From Candidatus Poribacteria bacterium (GTDB taxonomy: Bacteria > Poribacteria > WGA-4E > WGA-3G): a stretch of 64,000 bases of DNA. A program made the translations under genes and the position numbers. The stretch spans positions 1 to 64,000 of the forward strand of contig CBDBFU010000014.1 of NCBI GenBank assembly GCA_965205025.1, in the 5' to 3' direction. The notes under the pieces are model-generated. The model searched no databases. It worked only from the letters and a program-made list of their open reading frames with translations, and was not told where the DNA came from. How positions within the stretch are numbered: position 1 is the stretch's first letter; each line of letters starts with the position of its first letter. Positions 60,241 through 64,000 of this stretch are shown here, piece by piece.

Positions 60241-60756
60241 TCAGAATTCAACGAGAGAAAAAACCGGTTGATTTTCTATCTTCTTTCTACCCTCAAGTTC
60301 CTTGAGTTCAATTAAAAGGGCTATACCGATTATGTTACCACCAAGTTTCTCAACAAGTTCAACTGATGCGGCAAGTGTACCACCCGTGGCTAATACATCA
60401 TCACAGATAAGGATACGGCTGCCTTCGGAGAAAGCATCTTTATGAATAGCAAGCGTATCCCTTCCATATTCAAGGTCATACGTCACTTCATAACACTCAA
60501 AAGGCAGTTTCCCACTTTTCCGAATTGGAACAAAACCGATACCAAGCCTTTGAGCCAAGGCTGCCGCGACTATAAACCCACGGGCGTCAATTCCAATTAT
60601 TACATCTATTGACTCAGATTTATATTTGTCCGCAAATACTTCGATTGCCGCATTAAACGCTGTGCCATTTCCTAAAAGCGGTGTAATGTCTTTAAATGTA
60701 ATACCTTGTATGGGAAAGTTCGGTATATCTCGTATGTAATTTGTAAAATCGTTCAT
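60241..60756 (-). CDS. apt: Adenine phosphoribosyltransferase
   Basis: FKDITPLL, IRKSGKLP, YDLEYG, DDVLATGGT. Confidence 0.96.
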   Translation of the reverse strand: MNDFTNYIRDIPNFPIQGITFKDITPLLGNGTAFNAAIEVFADKYKSESIDVIIGIDARGFIVAAALAQRLGIGFVPIRKSGKLPFECYEVTYDLEYGRDTLAIHKDAFSEGSRILICDDVLATGGTLAASVELVEKLGGNIIGIALLIELKELEGRKKIENQPVFSLVEF

Positions 60757-60867
60757 AATTATTTACGATTATGATGACACAAATGTAGATTCTATTTTGT
60801 TCCTTACTAAATAAGTTGTGTGTTTTATTTTAAATTATACCAGTCTTATCTTCCATTACCACATACA

Positions 60868-61917
60868 TTATGAGGACGCATGTGGATGTATCATTATCTT
60901 CATACCTTTACGTGATTCCATCGTTTCAAAAGCTTTATCAATTTCAATTAGTGGAAAATGATGCGTAATTAATGGTTCAACGCGAACCAAACCTTTTTCA
61001 AGGAGACGAACTGCCAATTCGTGATGACGGGGTACACAACCATGAGAACCTGTGACAAAACATTCCTTATAGTGGATTATATTTGAAAGGATACTCATGG
61101 GTCGCATTGTTTTTGGGAGACCACCAAAAAGGTTTACATATCCACGGTGAGCAACCATTTCTACTGCTTGTTCATGTGCTTCAACTGAACCACAAGTGGT
61201 AACAACAATATCAGGACCTTGACCATCGGTTTCTTCTCGACATCGTTCGACTACATCCTCTTCCTCAGATGCAATATAGACATCTGCCTCATAGTATTTT
61301 GCAATTTCCATCCGAAGCTTACTTCTTTGAATGCCAATAACCTTCGTTGCCCCCATCACACGAACGAGATCTATCATCATACATCCAATAGGTCCCAATC
61401 CAATTATTACTACTGTTTTGCCGAGAGACATATTAACTAATTCAAGACCATTGATAGCACATGCAAGGGGTTCGGCAAGGGCAGCATCATCGAAACTAAG
61501 GGTAGTGTCAAATGGAGTGACGGGACCTTCCTCTAAGACCAGTCGAGGGAGTTTCATATATTGTGCAAAAGCGCCTGGAATTTGGTAGCCAATAGCATAA
61601 TTGATATCGCAATTGTTTCCAAGACCATTTCTACACCAATGACATTGACCACATGGTACATCAGCACCAATAGAAACCCGGTCACCTTCCTTAACACGGG
61701 TCACGTTCTTACCCGTTTTCACGATCACACCAGAGTTTTCGTGTCCAATTATAGTAGGGGGTTTAACACGTGGATTTCCATGATGTAAAATCCGTACATC
61801 AGAACCACAAATACTTACAGATTCAACCCGCATCAGAGCAGAGTCATCATCGATTTCTGGATCTGGGACATCCTGAACTGAAATATTGTCAAGGCTTTCA
61901 AGTATTGCTGCTTTCAT
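60868..61917 (-). CDS. Zinc-dependent alcohol/polyol dehydrogenase
   Basis: ICGSD, GHE, CGQCHWCRNG...C, GLGPIG. Confidence 0.92.
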   Translation of the reverse strand: MKAAILESLDNISVQDVPDPEIDDDSALMRVESVSICGSDVRILHHGNPRVKPPTIIGHENSGVIVKTGKNVTRVKEGDRVSIGADVPCGQCHWCRNGLGNNCDINYAIGYQIPGAFAQYMKLPRLVLEEGPVTPFDTTLSFDDAALAEPLACAINGLELVNMSLGKTVVIIGLGPIGCMMIDLVRVMGATKVIGIQRSKLRMEIAKYYEADVYIASEEEDVVERCREETDGQGPDIVVTTCGSVEAHEQAVEMVAHRGYVNLFGGLPKTMRPMSILSNIIHYKECFVTGSHGCVPRHHELAVRLLEKGLVRVEPLITHHFPLIEIDKAFETMESRKGMKIMIHPHASS

Positions 61918-61944
61918 AGTGTACTAATTACCTATGTTATATGT

Positions 61945-63009
61945 TTATGATGGGTGGATAAGTACTTTCGCGTAGAATTCATCCTTATCATTCATCATCT
62001 GTAATGTCTGCGTTCCATTAATCAATGGGACCTTATGGGTTATCAATGGTGTCAGATTCAATTTTCCAGTTGCCATCGCTTGTAATACTGTTCGCCAATC
62101 ATCATCGTTGCCAGCTATACTGTAATCTGAATTCCATGTTCCAAATATACTTGCCTCACGCCGCATGACTTGTGAAATAAGTGATGCGGGTAGTGTGACA
62201 TCTGTATCGGGATTGCCAAGAAATACTACACTCCCACCCCTTCTTACGCTACCTAATGCATAGAGATAGGTTTGTGGTACTCCTGCAGCTTCAACACAAG
62301 TATGAACCCCTTTTCCATCAGTCTCGGCGTTAACAACATCTACAACGTCTTCTATGGATGTATTGTAGACATTATCAAAACCGAATCTCTCAGCTAATTC
62401 CAGTTTTTCATTAAGAATGTCAAACAAGAGAATCTGCTCAGCACCTAATATCCTTGCCCACTGTGCTACCATGAGTCCTATTGGACCTACACCGAATATT
62501 GCAACTGTTTTGCCAACTGGAGACTCTTTGACTCGACGGAGAGCGTGGAGTGCAACAGCAGCAGGTTCGGTTAATGCTGCTACTTCTAATGAGACACCGT
62601 TTGGCATCCGGATAATGTTCTCTTTTGGTGCAACAACATACTCTGCGAATGCACCGTCGCTTCTTGAACCGAGGTAGTCATAGTCAGTACACTGCACATA
62701 TTTTCCACTCTCACAGGCATCGCACTTACCGCACCATAGGAGCGGAAATACAACGACGGGGTCACCTTTTGCAAAACCATATACACCAGGACCACATTCG
62801 TCGATTGTGCCAGCAAATTCATGTCCGCAAACTGTAGGAAAACTATAAGTTCCTTTAGAGAAAATCCGTGGAATATCGGAACCACATACACCACAAAACC
62901 CAATTCGAACACGTACTTGTCCTTCTGTGACGGTAGGAATAGGAATTTGTGAAAGTCGTAAATCACCAATACCGTGTAGCACCAACGCTTCCATCAAACC
63001 GCTCCGCAT
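61945..63009 (-). CDS. Zinc-dependent sugar-alcohol(-phosphate) dehydrogenase, galactitol-1-phosphate dehydrogenase-like
   Basis: VCGSD, GHEFAG, CGKCDAC...C, YLGSRSDG, GVGPIG, FGTWNS. Confidence 0.88.
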   Translation of the reverse strand: MRSGLMEALVLHGIGDLRLSQIPIPTVTEGQVRVRIGFCGVCGSDIPRIFSKGTYSFPTVCGHEFAGTIDECGPGVYGFAKGDPVVVFPLLWCGKCDACESGKYVQCTDYDYLGSRSDGAFAEYVVAPKENIIRMPNGVSLEVAALTEPAAVALHALRRVKESPVGKTVAIFGVGPIGLMVAQWARILGAEQILLFDILNEKLELAERFGFDNVYNTSIEDVVDVVNAETDGKGVHTCVEAAGVPQTYLYALGSVRRGGSVVFLGNPDTDVTLPASLISQVMRREASIFGTWNSDYSIAGNDDDWRTVLQAMATGKLNLTPLITHKVPLINGTQTLQMMNDKDEFYAKVLIHPS

Positions 63010-63791
63010 CAGTCTGCTCTTTGTTCTAATCCAAGTAAGATCGCTTGATGTATCTGTTGGATATTTTCTGCACGTGTTCCTGATTTATGGAACACACTAC
63101 TCGTTCCACCGACTAAAATATCAGCCCCTGCTGCTACCATTTTAGGTATGTTTTCAAAACTGACATTACCATCGACTTCTACTGGTATATCAATATTATG
63201 TTGATTCAAATAATTCTTGCAATCGGATATCTTACGTAACGTGGCTGGTACCAATTTTTGTCCTGCGTATCCAGGATTTACAGTCATAATGAGTACAAAG
63301 TCAAGACGATCAAGCACATAATCTAACGCGAAAAGCGGGGTCGCTGGGTTCAAAGCGACCCCCGCCTTAATTCCATGTTCTTGAATTACAGCTAAAGTTC
63401 TGTCCAGATGGGTGGCAGATTCAGCATGAATAGCAATTTGTTGTACACCAATGTCTGCTGATTCAGCAACGAAAAAATCGTTATCTTCTACCATGAGGTG
63501 AATATCAAAGGCAAGATCTGTTTTCTGTCTTATTTGTTGTATGAGTGCCAACCCAATTGGCATATTTGGAACGAAGTGTGCATCCATGAGATCAAAATGG
63601 AGCAGACCAATTCCAGATATTTCCAATTCCCGAATATCTGATTCTAAATTACAAAGATCCGCACACATCACCGAAGGTGCGATGCAGATTGTATTCACTG
63701 GAGAACTATCTCGCGGTTTACCAGTGGGTGAGTTATCGCCTGCAGCTGTATCAGAACTGACATCATGGCGTTGACTCGCAGGAGTCGACAA
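63009..63791 (-). CDS. rpe: Ribulose-phosphate 3-epimerase family protein
   Basis: IAPSVMCAD, HFDLMDAHFVPN, DIHLMV, MTVNPGYAGQ, VDGNV. Start is TTG 63791 or GTG 63698; could be a hexulose-phosphate epimerase paralogue. Confidence 0.85.
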   Translation of the reverse strand: MSTPASQRHDVSSDTAAGDNSPTGKPRDSSPVNTICIAPSVMCADLCNLESDIRELEISGIGLLHFDLMDAHFVPNMPIGLALIQQIRQKTDLAFDIHLMVEDNDFFVAESADIGVQQIAIHAESATHLDRTLAVIQEHGIKAGVALNPATPLFALDYVLDRLDFVLIMTVNPGYAGQKLVPATLRKISDCKNYLNQHNIDIPVEVDGNVSFENIPKMVAAGADILVGGTSSVFHKSGTRAENIQQIHQAILLGLEQRAD

Positions 63792-64000
63792 GACATTTCT
63801 CCATATAAATTCGGGGATTCTGGTTGCCGATTATTATAACATAAACTGAACTAATTGTCAAATTCGCAGAACTCTAACATATAAGAATACACCTTGTGCT
63901 GGCACCCATTCACAATGTTTTGAAAATATTAGATATAACAGCAGTAGAAAAGGTATTGACGCAATGGGTAAATAACATTGTTGAGAGTCGTCCTGATCTG

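Overview
AT-rich bacterial chromosomal window. An ECF-sigma/WD40 fusion, a dockerin-like module, a phytanoyl-CoA dioxygenase and a Uma2 nuclease suggest Candidatus Poribacteria or a similar lineage (inference only). Housekeeping genes include der, aspS, trmJ-like, tkt, hup, secD/secF, apt, rpe and tRNA-Arg(CCT). There is a TonB-dependent uptake locus with a Pho-box-like repeat, and a variable region (about 26.5-34.7 kb) holding hypothetical genes, a MITE-like element and a deleted IS3. Main highlights: (1) a cobalamin riboswitch followed by a beta-propeller/dockerin protein, a lipoprotein fused to an ECF S-component-like domain, and a second beta-propeller, which together form a candidate non-canonical B12 capture system; (2) a hidden selenoprotein (WGSW-U-GC redoxin plus TPR, with a SECIS-like hairpin) that the ORF track splits in two and that is translationally coupled to a c-type cytochrome; (3) a 77-aa insertion in the anticodon-binding loop of AspRS, with further inserted domains in AI-2E, DAACS and SecF proteins; (4) candidate two-gene defence modules (Schlafen/AlbA_2 + ParA-like, and a DUF1828-like pair). 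Single-base frameshifts in secD and a GHMP kinase are probably sequencing errors. All family assignments come from motif recognition by eye; no searches were run.
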